From contig JBGSZS010000004.1 in the NCBI GenBank assembly GCA_041750285.1, positions 128,001 through 192,000 on the forward strand: 64,000 bases of DNA. Reading direction: 5' to 3'. The DNA comes from Candidatus Fermentibacteraceae bacterium (GTDB taxonomy: Bacteria; Fermentibacterota; Fermentibacteria; Fermentibacterales; JCC-6). Position numbers and translations under genes: made by a program. Of this stretch, positions 38,195-47,046 are shown piece by piece. The notes beneath the pieces were generated by a model. The model worked only from the letters and a program-made list of their open reading frames with translations, was not told where the DNA came from and ran no database searches. Position 1 is the first letter of the stretch; every line of letters starts with the position of its first letter.

Positions 38195-38734
38195 TCAGCC
38201 CCTTCCCAGAAGCCTGAAGCAGACCTCGAAAATGTCTTCGGGCTCCATCATCCTGCCCGCCCCCACGGTTCCGCAGGCGAGGTGGCCCTCGACCGGCCCG
38301 GCCATGACGACGCCCATGTCCTTCAGTATCGTCACGTTTTCGCGCACCGCGGGGTGGTTCCACATCCGCGAGTTCATGGCGGGACACATCACCACGGGGG
38401 CCTCGCATGCAAGGAATGCAGCCGTCAGGAGCTGGTCGGCGAAACCGTGGGCAGCCCTCGCCAGAAAGTGCGCAGTGGCCGGAGCCACCACCATCAGGTC
38501 GAGGTTATCGGTAAGGGTTATGTGCGGCACTGATTCGGCGGGCTGCTCTGGAAAGAGCGAGGTGTAGACCGGCTCGCCCGTAACGCAGGCTAACTGGGTG
38601 GGGGTTATGAACCTGGTGGCGCCGCGGGTCATCACGCAGTTCACCTTGTGCCCGGCCTTGCGGAAAAGGGAAGCCAGACTGCACGCCTTGAAAGTGGCGG
38701 CGCCTCCCGTGACTCCCAGAAGGATCTCAGCCAT
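38195..38734 (-). CDS. coaC: Phosphopantothenoylcysteine decarboxylase, stand-alone CoaC domain
   Basis: LLGVTGG, VVAPATA, PAMNSRMW, LACGTVGAGRM; ends without a CoaB domain. Confidence 0.85.
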   Translation of the reverse strand: MAEILLGVTGGAATFKACSLASLFRKAGHKVNCVMTRGATRFITPTQLACVTGEPVYTSLFPEQPAESVPHITLTDNLDLMVVAPATAHFLARAAHGFADQLLTAAFLACEAPVVMCPAMNSRMWNHPAVRENVTILKDMGVVMAGPVEGHLACGTVGAGRMMEPEDIFEVCFRLLGRG

Positions 38735-39494
38735 TATCCAACCTCCTCTTCCTTCCGATGGCGTCAATGCCCGAAAGTGTGAGCTCCGGGCAGACCCTGA
38801 AGGACGCCCTGCACCTCGGACAGATTGCTTCGGCCCAGCCGCCCGTGGCAAGCAGCGCGGGATCACCGCCCACGTTCCCGGACAGGAGTTCGGCCATCCT
38901 GTCCGCGCTTCCAACCGCTCCGAAAAGCACCCCCGACCTCACTGCTTCGACCGTGGAACGACCCAGGGGGCTTTCGGGGAACTCGAGGTCGACGGGGCTT
39001 ATCCGCTCGGCCTTCTTGAAGAGCTCCGATGCCGCGGTTCCCACACCGGGAAGGATCGCGCCGCCCACGTACATCCCCCTCGAGTCGATCACGTCGAAAG
39101 TGGTTGCAGTGCCGAAATCAGCCACTATGACCGGAGGCTTCACGAGCAGCAGGGCGCCCACGGCGTTTGCCAGCCTGTCGGGACCGAGTTCGGCGGGGTT
39201 GGGGTAGTCGAGCGGCACGTCGGCGGTCCCGGGGTTCACCTCGATGGGCTCGGTGTGTATCCAGCGTCTCGAAAAACCGACGAGGGCGTGCGTAACCTGG
39301 GGAACCACGCAAGCATAGGCCACCACGGAGGGCAATGGGGCGCCTGACGCGCCGAACAGGGAATGAACGAGGACCCAGAGTTCGTCGGGTGTCCAGTGGA
39401 CCGTCCGAACCCTCCACTGGAAAACCAGGCGCCCCTTCTCGAAAAGGCCAAGGGCGGTCTTGGTGTTTCCCACATCAACGGCCAGCTGGTACAC
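38727..39494 (-). CDS. coaX: Type III pantothenate kinase
   Basis: VDVGNT, LGPDR, DFGTATT, GGAILPG, ATGG. Confidence 0.93.
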   Translation of the reverse strand: MYQLAVDVGNTKTALGLFEKGRLVFQWRVRTVHWTPDELWVLVHSLFGASGAPLPSVVAYACVVPQVTHALVGFSRRWIHTEPIEVNPGTADVPLDYPNPAELGPDRLANAVGALLLVKPPVIVADFGTATTFDVIDSRGMYVGGAILPGVGTAASELFKKAERISPVDLEFPESPLGRSTVEAVRSGVLFGAVGSADRMAELLSGNVGGDPALLATGGWAEAICPRCRASFRVCPELTLSGIDAIGRKRRLDNG

Positions 39495-40341
39495 CGGGCC
39501 CCTCCCTCCAGTCAAGGCCTATGTCCGCCGCGGGCGCGGAGTGGGTCAGGGCGCCGACCGACACCCCGTCGACCCCTGAAGCCGCAATATCAGCGACGGT
39601 TTCGAGCGTGACCCCTCCCGATGCCTCGAGGTAGAAACGCCCCCCAGCCATCGCAACCGCCTCACGAAGCATCGCGACGGTCATGTTGTCGAGCAGTATC
39701 CGGTCTGGTCCCAGTGAAAAAACCGCGGGAAGCTGATCCAATGAATCAACTTCGATCTCTATCGGGACACCCCGTGAGCGCAGGGCGGCGACTGCCGCCG
39801 AAAGCCCCCCGATGCCTCCCAGGGCTGCTATGTGGTTGTCCTTGAACATGGCCATGTCGGAGAGGCTCATCCTGTGGTTGACCCCCCCGCCCGCTCGCAC
39901 GGCGTACTTCTCCAGGGCCCTGAGACCGGGCGTGGTCTTCCTGGTGTCGAGGATCTCAACGCCGGGAGCGGCATCGGCAAACCTTCTCGTGAGCGTTGCT
40001 ATCCCGCACATCCTGCAAAGGATGTTCAGGGCGCTTCTCTCTCCCCGAAGCACGGTGCCCGTCCCGCCCGCCACGACGCCGATGACACTCCCAGGCCCGG
40101 CCTTCTCGCCGTCCTCCATCACCCGCTCGATCTTCACGCGGTCATCGAGTGCCCGGTAAACCGCCTCTGCTGCGAACCATCCCGCAACCACAAGGGACTG
40201 CCTTGCCCGGAACTCGCACACCGCCGGAAGCGCGGCGGCCGGCCCGAGTGCATAGACCGCCGCGTCGAAACGGGCGGCGTCTTCGAGAAGGGACAGTTCG
40301 GCAACCCTGCGGGCTTCGGAGAGGATCAGGGCATCGGTCAT
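39475..40341 (-). CDS. nadC: Quinolinate phosphoribosyltransferase
   Basis: ERSALN, DTRKTTPGLRALEKYAV, NHR, KDNH, IEVDS, LLDNM, EASGG, SVGALTHS. Confidence 0.95.
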   Translation of the reverse strand: MTDALILSEARRVAELSLLEDAARFDAAVYALGPAAALPAVCEFRARQSLVVAGWFAAEAVYRALDDRVKIERVMEDGEKAGPGSVIGVVAGGTGTVLRGERSALNILCRMCGIATLTRRFADAAPGVEILDTRKTTPGLRALEKYAVRAGGGVNHRMSLSDMAMFKDNHIAALGGIGGLSAAVAALRSRGVPIEIEVDSLDQLPAVFSLGPDRILLDNMTVAMLREAVAMAGGRFYLEASGGVTLETVADIAASGVDGVSVGALTHSAPAADIGLDWREGPGVPAGR

Positions 40342-41771
40342 GCTTCCCCCAGAATTGCGGGGTCGCCGAAGACCGCTTCGCCGTCGAGTATCGTTGCCAC
40401 CACCGAAACCTCGTCCCATGGGACTCCCCGGAACGGGTCGGCGGACAGGACGCAAAGATGCGCTGGTCTGCCGGGCGCGACCACCCGTGCCAGATCGGAA
40501 AAGCCGCACACGTCTGCGGCTCCCAGTGTGTAGGCATGCAGGGCCTGTCCGACCGTGAGCCGCTGTTCGGGCAAAGGGTGTTCGGTGGCGCCTGAAATGC
40601 CGTTCAGTGGACCGAAGGGCATTCCGTCGCTTCCGAAACCCAGTCTGAAGCCGCGCGAGAGCACCGAACCGAAAGGGTTCAACCCGCGGGACCCGCCGGC
40701 ATACAACCTCTTCTCGTACATGCCGCCCGGCATCTGCCACCGGGAGACGAAATTGGGCTGCATGCAGAACGATACCCTTCCCGGAAAAGGATCCGGAAGG
40801 TCATCCAGAACGGGCAGAAGCTCTTCCGCATGCTCCACCCTGACCCCGGGACCAGTTTCGGAAACCGAAATACCCAGAACCTGCCTTATCGCCCTCGCGC
40901 CAATGGCGTGGGCGCAGATGCCCAGTCCGCAGCTGTCCGCGACGGCTGCCAGTTCCTCAACCTCTTCATCGTCCATTATGGGAAGGATCTGTGATCCATC
41001 GGGGTATGTTCCTTCCACCGCCGCGCTGCCCGCTCCGAAAGTGCCGTCGAGGAAAAGCTTTATCCACCTGGCGTACCTTGCAGGCTCGCGGTCGAGAAGG
41101 GTCATTGCGTCGTTGGAGAAGATTCCGACGGCCGTTCTGAGAAGCGGGTCCCATTCACCGATCAGGTCGGCTTCGCGAAGGTGCTCCATAGTGCCCATGC
41201 CGGTGACGCCGTTCGAGAACACGGTGTCCTGATACGTCTTCATACTGCCTGCGAGCACATCTACGGGAACCGGGAACATCCTGCTGAATCCCAGCGAAGC
41301 GCCCTCGGTCAGTCGCCCGTTTGCCCTGTCGACATCTGGGGTTCCGGGAGGAATGAGTCGAAGCAGGGCCGAGTTCACAAGGGAGAGATGCCCGCAGACG
41401 CGGGCGAGCACAACGGGGCGTTCACCCGAGACGGCATCGAGCGCGGCAAGCGAAGGCAGAGCCGGGTCGCTCCAGGAGGATTCGTCGAATCCGGTCCCGC
41501 GAAGGATCGGATCGGGGCTTGCGGGTGCGGCTTCCACAAGGGACAGCAGATGCCCGAAACACGAAACGCCGGACAGATCGATCGCGGAAACGGAGGAAGC
41601 CTTCCACGAAAAATGCATGTGCCCGTCGATGAATGAAGGCATCACGAAGCCTTCGATGCCGCCCGAACAGCTCCCGACCGAAACGACCCTTCCCTGGTCG
41701 AAAAGCAGCCTCACACCTGACAGGACGGGTCCCGCGCCGGGCCAGAAACTGCGGCACTCGAGCGCCTTCAT
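40338..41771 (-). CDS. Amidohydrolase family 3 (YtcJ-like)
   Basis: FIDGHMH, KLFLDG, HAIG, RVEHAE, MQPNF, FGSDG, ALHAYT. Confidence 0.85.
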   Translation of the reverse strand: MKALECRSFWPGAGPVLSGVRLLFDQGRVVSVGSCSGGIEGFVMPSFIDGHMHFSWKASSVSAIDLSGVSCFGHLLSLVEAAPASPDPILRGTGFDESSWSDPALPSLAALDAVSGERPVVLARVCGHLSLVNSALLRLIPPGTPDVDRANGRLTEGASLGFSRMFPVPVDVLAGSMKTYQDTVFSNGVTGMGTMEHLREADLIGEWDPLLRTAVGIFSNDAMTLLDREPARYARWIKLFLDGTFGAGSAAVEGTYPDGSQILPIMDDEEVEELAAVADSCGLGICAHAIGARAIRQVLGISVSETGPGVRVEHAEELLPVLDDLPDPFPGRVSFCMQPNFVSRWQMPGGMYEKRLYAGGSRGLNPFGSVLSRGFRLGFGSDGMPFGPLNGISGATEHPLPEQRLTVGQALHAYTLGAADVCGFSDLARVVAPGRPAHLCVLSADPFRGVPWDEVSVVATILDGEAVFGDPAILGEA

Positions 41772-42628
41772 TCCCCTATTTCCGCCAGGGCCTTGACCAT
41801 CAGATCGAACATGTCGCCTTCAACCTCGAGAACGAACCAGGTCGCGTAGGTGTGACGCTGGACCTCGCCCACCACCCTGCCCCTTATCTCGCTTTCGACC
41901 ATCGCGAGCCTCGGCGTTCCGCCGTCGGTGATCTCACGGATACCCGAACCGGGAATGAACATCTCGCGGGCCTCTATGTCCAAAGGATCGTTCCGGTGGG
42001 CGAACCACCGGGAAAGGTTCACGAAACCCCCGACGGAGATGCTGGATTGGCCCGGGTAGAATACGTCTATCTTGACGTTGTCGCCGTCCCGCTTTTTCTT
42101 GGAGTCGAATATCCCGGCCCGGTTCTTGCCGTCTTTTTTGGCCTGCAGGAGAGCCATGTCGGCGCTGACGAGGATCTCCTCGCCGGAAACGACCTCGGTG
42201 GATGCCACCCCGAGTGAGACCGTGACATGCAGGGGATCGCCCCCCGCAATGACAAGAGGGGTCCTGGCGACCTTGTCACAGAGCCTTTCGGCAGTGCAGA
42301 GGCCCTCGCTCGAGATGGTGTTGGGAAGCAGCACGGTTATCTCCTCCCCCCCGTAGCGGTAGGCGTCGCCACGGTGCCTCACCGACGAGCGGATGAGCGA
42401 GGCAACGTGCCGAAGCACCTTGTCCCCGACGTCATGACCGTGCTTGTCGTTGAATATCTTGAAGTTGTCGATGTCCACCATGATGACGGAAAGGGGCAGG
42501 CCGTCGGGGCCGAGACGGCGAAGGATCTCCGGAAGGTCCCTGTCGAGGTGTCCCCGCTGTGGAAGTCCGGTCACAGCATCGAGATCTTCCGTCCTGGGAA
42601 ACTTGAAAACCGCCTTTTCATCTCCCAT
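41768..42628 (-). CDS. GGDEF diguanylate cyclase with unrecognised C-terminal domain
   Basis: DAVTGL, DIDNFKIFNDKHGHDVGD, RYGGEEI, TVSLGVA, AKKDGKNR. Confidence 0.85.
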   Translation of the reverse strand: MGDEKAVFKFPRTEDLDAVTGLPQRGHLDRDLPEILRRLGPDGLPLSVIMVDIDNFKIFNDKHGHDVGDKVLRHVASLIRSSVRHRGDAYRYGGEEITVLLPNTISSEGLCTAERLCDKVARTPLVIAGGDPLHVTVSLGVASTEVVSGEEILVSADMALLQAKKDGKNRAGIFDSKKKRDGDNVKIDVFYPGQSSISVGGFVNLSRWFAHRNDPLDIEAREMFIPGSGIREITDGGTPRLAMVESEIRGRVVGEVQRHTYATWFVLEVEGDMFDLMVKALAEIGE

Positions 42629-42682
42629 GTCATGCCCCTCCGGTTCTGGTTAAGATAATCTCCTTGCGGGCGGGAACAAGCA

Positions 42683-42711
42683 TTGACCTGAAGCCTCGTC
42701 TCGCTTAGTTT
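42683..42711 (+). promoter_or_regulatory. Putative sigma70 promoter of the lipoprotein cluster
   Basis: TTGACC-N17-TAGTTT about 35 bp before the first gene. Confidence 0.55.
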
Positions 42712-42745
42712 TCCCGGTGTATACGAAGTCACTCAGGGGGGGCGT

Positions 42746-43516
42746 TTGAACAAGGTCATCGGGGTCGCGCTTTTTCTGGCGCTTTCCGTCTCATGCCGCT
42801 GGACAGGCAGCCAGCAGGAGGTGTACGACAGCTACACCCTCATGTCGGCCGCCCTCGATGAATGCCGTTGGGAAGACCTTCACCAGGGCCTCTCCCTTGA
42901 AACGCGTGAACTCCTCGACCTTGCAGCAAAAGCCTTCACGCAGGTCGGAATGCCGATAGACAACCGCGGCGACCTCCTCCTTGCTGAGATCGCCGCCGGG
43001 CACCATCTCTTCGACACCGGCAGGAACGTTCTCGACATCTCCATAAGGGGCGACGAGGCCTTTCTCGAGCCTTCCGGCGGAGAAACCCCCACCTCCATCA
43101 GGTTCGTCCGCGAGAACGGCCGGTGGCGTATGGACCTCACACCCCAGCTTACGGGCATCCTCAACAGGGCGCTGCAGGGCACCGGAACCACCCTGGCGCA
43201 GTTCCTCAGCCCGGCAGCCGCTGAAAGCATTCAACCTGACGCGGGAAGCTGCATGCTGATCGTCAGTAATTCAATCGAAGACGATGACGTCTACTATCTG
43301 TATGTTTCCCCTGCCGTCAGCGAAGACTGGGGACCCGATGTCCTGGGAGACATGGTTCTGCTTCCCGGGGAAGCCTGCACACTCCGCGTATACCCCGACA
43401 CGTACGACATGATGGCGATCGATGCTGAAGACAACACCTATACAAGGTGGGGTGCTGTCGTGAATGAAAGTGGGTACGACTGGGACATCAACCGGTCCGA
43501 CCTGGTTCAACAATGA
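42746..43516 (+). CDS. Lipoprotein L1: NTF2-like N-domain plus one repeat domain
   Basis: Lipobox LSVSC; FVRENGRWRM; C-domain YVSP..EDWGPDVLG..PG..YDM..DAEDNTYTRW. Confidence 0.8.
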   Translation: MNKVIGVALFLALSVSCRWTGSQQEVYDSYTLMSAALDECRWEDLHQGLSLETRELLDLAAKAFTQVGMPIDNRGDLLLAEIAAGHHLFDTGRNVLDISIRGDEAFLEPSGGETPTSIRFVRENGRWRMDLTPQLTGILNRALQGTGTTLAQFLSPAAAESIQPDAGSCMLIVSNSIEDDDVYYLYVSPAVSEDWGPDVLGDMVLLPGEACTLRVYPDTYDMMAIDAEDNTYTRWGAVVNESGYDWDINRSDLVQQ

Positions 43517-43530
43517 AAAAGGAGGTTACC

Positions 43531-44445
43531 GTGAACTGGAAACTCTGGGCAGCTGCGGCGCTTGTCGTTTTCATGGCCGTTGGCTGCGGTGTTAAGAAAA
43601 CCGCTGTCACCATCGAGAACGCTCTCGGCGAGTGGGACATCAAGGAACTGGCCCTGAAGGACGCAGCGGGCGTCGAGACCGTCCTTGAGCCCCTGGCTGC
43701 CGAAGGCACCGTAATCCTGCAGCTTGCAGCCGGCGCCTACACCCTCAGCGCGACCGACTCCGAGGGCTACGAGTACAGCGTAGCCTTCACCGTTGCCGAA
43801 GCACCCATGACCGTACAGGTCGGCTACAACAACTGCCTCAGCTTCGAAGAGACCACAACCGTTGCCGACGGCGTCTACTGGAGCGGCATGGGCGACGGCC
43901 ACATCAAGATCGTGAACACCCTCGGCGACTACGCGATCTACTGGGTGAACATTGTCGAGGCCGGCGGCGACATCTACTGGGATTCCACCGAGTACTGCCA
44001 GAGCATAATCGTCTACGAAGGCGAAGAGCTCAACATCCTTCTCGAGCCGGGCACCTACGACATCCAGATCGAAGATGTCGACGGCGACACCTACACCCGC
44101 TACGCGGTCGAGATCTCCCGCGAGCCCTACGTCTGGGAAGTCTCCCTCGAAGACATGGACGTAGCCACGCCCATGGGCGAGGGCACCGCCCCCGTCACCA
44201 TCATCAACGACCTCGGCAGCTACGACATCTGGTACATCTACTGCGACCTCTCCTCCGAGCCCTGGGGCGATGACGTCCTGGGTTCCGAGATCCTCGCAGC
44301 AGGCGACTCCTACACGTTCTACGTCAACCCCGGCATGTATGACATCAAGTGCGAAGACGTCGACGGCGACACCTACACCCTCTGGGGCGTAGAGATCCCC
44401 GAGACCGGCTACACCTGGAACGTCACACTGGGCGACATGGACTAG
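43531..44445 (+). CDS. Lipoprotein L2: three repeat domains, probably the most highly expressed
   Basis: AAGGAGG RBS and GTG start; lipobox AVGC; two EDVDGDTYT motifs; followed by a strong terminator. Confidence 0.85.
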   Translation: MNWKLWAAAALVVFMAVGCGVKKTAVTIENALGEWDIKELALKDAAGVETVLEPLAAEGTVILQLAAGAYTLSATDSEGYEYSVAFTVAEAPMTVQVGYNNCLSFEETTTVADGVYWSGMGDGHIKIVNTLGDYAIYWVNIVEAGGDIYWDSTEYCQSIIVYEGEELNILLEPGTYDIQIEDVDGDTYTRYAVEISREPYVWEVSLEDMDVATPMGEGTAPVTIINDLGSYDIWYIYCDLSSEPWGDDVLGSEILAAGDSYTFYVNPGMYDIKCEDVDGDTYTLWGVEIPETGYTWNVTLGDMD

Positions 44446-44456
44446 TCTTTTCCGCG

Positions 44457-44483
44457 AAGGGGGGGCGAAAGCCCCCCCTTTTT
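44457..44483 (+). terminator. Rho-independent terminator inside the lipoprotein cluster
   Basis: AAGGGGGGGC-GAAA-GCCCCCCCTT followed by TTT. Confidence 0.85.
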
Positions 44484-44504
44484 CGTTTCACCGAAGGAGA
44501 ACCC

Positions 44505-45128
44505 ATGAAAAAACAGCTCCTGCTCATGTGCGTTCCCCTGATCGCAGCATGCCGCATATCGGTCGGCAACCTTGCCCCGCTCACGGTCATCAACGGGCTT
44601 GGCGGCTGGACCATCCACTACGTCCACACGAGCCGCGCCGACACCAAGGGCTGGGGCGACGACCTTCTCGGCCCGAGCGAGATCATCCGCCCGGGGGCGA
44701 ACAGGGTGTTCTCCCTCCCCCCCGGAACCTGGGACATACGGATCACCGACGACGAGGGCGACACCTACACAAGGAGGGACATCGTCATCCCCGCTGAGGG
44801 ATACACCTGGGAGGTCACCCTGAACGACATCGATTCGGGGTTTCCCGACATTACCGGGAACTGCCCCGTGACATTCCTGAACTCGCTTGACACACAGGCC
44901 GACTCCATCTGGATCTCCCCCTCCGACTACGGCTACTGGGGCACGAGCCACACGGGAGGGCAGAGCCTCCAACCCGGCGGGGAACTGGTGGTGTGGGTCG
45001 CCCCGGGCGGGTACGACATGATGGCCTCCGATGGAATGGGCAACTCTTATGCCGTGTATAATTGCCGTGTCACTGAGAGCGGGTTCTTCTGGGAGATCAC
45101 GGAAGACTATCTGGAAAGGCAGAGATGA
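44505..45128 (+). CDS. Lipoprotein L3: two repeat domains
   Basis: AAGGAG RBS; lipobox LIAAC; WGDDLLG...DDEGDTYTR. Confidence 0.85.
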   Translation: MKKQLLLMCVPLIAACRISVGNLAPLTVINGLGGWTIHYVHTSRADTKGWGDDLLGPSEIIRPGANRVFSLPPGTWDIRITDDEGDTYTRRDIVIPAEGYTWEVTLNDIDSGFPDITGNCPVTFLNSLDTQADSIWISPSDYGYWGTSHTGGQSLQPGGELVVWVAPGGYDMMASDGMGNSYAVYNCRVTESGFFWEITEDYLERQR

Positions 45129-45445
45129 AAAGGCAGGCATTGCTCGTCGCACTGGCCCTGACGGCCGTCGCTGGATGCACGGCGCGGAAGGTGCCCGTAA
45201 CCATCGCCAACGATCTTGGAGCCTGGGACATCACCGAGCTGTACATCGACCCCACCGGCCAGCCCTGGACTGAAAACCTCATCACCGCCACGGTAGTGCC
45301 CGGCGACAGCGTGACCCTGAGCATCCAACCCGGCACCTTCGACATCCGCTGCGTCGATGAGGACGGCGACACCTATACAAGGCGCGAGGTCGTCATCGGC
45401 GGCGAGGGCTACGTCTGGAACGTCACACTCGCCCACATGGACTGA
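45125..45445 (+). CDS. Lipoprotein L4: single repeat domain
   Basis: Lipobox VAGC; PVTIANDLGAWDI...DEDGDTYTR...WNVTL. Confidence 0.85.
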   Translation: MKRQALLVALALTAVAGCTARKVPVTIANDLGAWDITELYIDPTGQPWTENLITATVVPGDSVTLSIQPGTFDIRCVDEDGDTYTRREVVIGGEGYVWNVTLAHMD

Positions 45446-45458
45446 AAAAGGAGGAGCA

Positions 45459-46073
45459 ATGAGACATCCCGGGATACCCCTGATCGCGGCCCTTCTCCTC
45501 CTTGCCTGCTGCGGAGCGCAAAAAGCGCCGGTTGGCATCGTGAACAGGCTCGATGTCGAGTTCATAATCGCTGTTCAGACAAGGACCCCCGGCGGTGAGT
45601 GGAGCGCCAACCAGATAGCAGGCTCACTCAGACCCGGTGAATCCCGGAGCTTCATGGCCTCTCCGGGCAGCATCGAGATCATGGCCACCGACAACCTTGG
45701 AAAGACCTACACCCTCGGAGACGCGACCCTTTCGGAAGAGGGCATCGTCTGGGAGGTAACCCCCGACACCAGGGCGGCAGTAAACAGCCCATGGGCGGGC
45801 GACTGCGCTGTAACCATAACCAACGACCTGGGGGCATGGACGATCACACGGGTCCTGTGTTCACCCTCCGACGCAAGCGAATGGGGCGACAACTGGATAA
45901 GCTCACCCATCCCCCCGTCGGGATCGGTGACCATCAACGTGAAGCCCGGCACCTACGACTTGAGGGTGGAGGACAACGACGGCGACACCTACACAAGGTG
46001 GGAAGTCGGGATAACAGGATCGGGCTTCACATGGAGCCCCACCCTGGAGGACTTGGACGCCTCAGGGGGTTGA
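45459..46073 (+). CDS. Lipoprotein L5: two repeat domains
   Basis: AAGGAGG RBS; LLLACC; NDLGAWTI...WGDNW...EDNDGDTYTRW. Confidence 0.85.
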   Translation: MRHPGIPLIAALLLLACCGAQKAPVGIVNRLDVEFIIAVQTRTPGGEWSANQIAGSLRPGESRSFMASPGSIEIMATDNLGKTYTLGDATLSEEGIVWEVTPDTRAAVNSPWAGDCAVTITNDLGAWTITRVLCSPSDASEWGDNWISSPIPPSGSVTINVKPGTYDLRVEDNDGDTYTRWEVGITGSGFTWSPTLEDLDASGG

Positions 46074-46919
46074 GGGGGCTGATACCGGGGGCGGCGCCCC
46101 CGACAGCGGCAGACGGACCGTCATGACGGTTCCCTGCCCCTCGACGCTCGAAACATCGATGGTGCCCCCGTGCACCTCCACTATCTGCTGCACCAGAGAA
46201 AGCCCGAGCCCCAGCCCCCCGTCGGGGTTGCGGCGGGCCTGCTTCCCCCTGAAAAGAAGCCCGAACACGTGTGGCAGGTCTTCGGCCGGTATGCCCACCC
46301 CTGTATCCGAAACGGTCACCACGGCAAAGCCCGGATCTACGGCAAGCGCCATGTGAACCGAACCACCGGGTCTGTTGTACTTGAAGGCGTTCACGCACAG
46401 GTTCTGAAAGACGCGGCGGAGGTGGCTCTCCACCCCCGCGACAGGAACCTTCCCCGAAGGCACCGAGAGGGAGAACCCCACCCCGCCCTCGACCATCATC
46501 GGGAACAGAAGATGGTGGACCCCCTCCACCACGACCTGCAGGTCAACCGGCACGAAGCACAGAAAAGGGTGCGAAGCAAGGCTTCCAAGCTCGAGAATGT
46601 CGTTCACCAAAGGAACCAGCTCATCCGCCCTGCGGCGGGCACGCCCCACAAGGTCGAGCGCCTTCACGTGATCAGAAGCGTACCCCTCCTCCACAGTGCG
46701 CAAAAGTGAGGAAAGGGCCGTAATGGGACTCTTCAGCTCGTGCCCCAGAATACGGAGCACCTCGCCCGCGGTTGGCTCCTCCGAATCCAGAACACCGTCG
46801 AGAAGCTCCTTCACACGCACTATCTCCGAACGGACCGTCTCACCGCACTGCCCGTCCAGAAGAGCGCTTTCAAGAAGCGTGCGTGCTTCCTCGAGAAGCT
46901 TCCAGGGGTCGGCTTTCAT
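46062..46919 (-). CDS. Orphan histidine kinase (HisKA + HATPase), no sensor domain
   Basis: GHELKSPI, NLCVNAFKY, DTGVGI, F-box, GLGLGL. Confidence 0.9.
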   Translation of the reverse strand: MKADPWKLLEEARTLLESALLDGQCGETVRSEIVRVKELLDGVLDSEEPTAGEVLRILGHELKSPITALSSLLRTVEEGYASDHVKALDLVGRARRRADELVPLVNDILELGSLASHPFLCFVPVDLQVVVEGVHHLLFPMMVEGGVGFSLSVPSGKVPVAGVESHLRRVFQNLCVNAFKYNRPGGSVHMALAVDPGFAVVTVSDTGVGIPAEDLPHVFGLLFRGKQARRNPDGGLGLGLSLVQQIVEVHGGTIDVSSVEGQGTVMTVRLPLSGAPPPVSAPSTP

Positions 46920-47046
46920 TCACATCCTTCCTGACGGGCACAGGGATGACTGGTTTCTGCAAATTGGCTTTTCTGCCGGTTTTCAAAGATAATCATAATG
47001 CGTCTGCAGAACAGCAAAGAACGCAGGTCCGCAACGGAGGCGCTGA

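Noticed and set aside
42746..46073. Recurring GACGGCGACACCTACAC-like DNA as a CRISPR array or DGR template/variable repeats
   Set aside because: Spacing is irregular, copies are in frame and encode DGDTYT, differences are not adenine-specific, and no cas or reverse transcriptase gene is in the window
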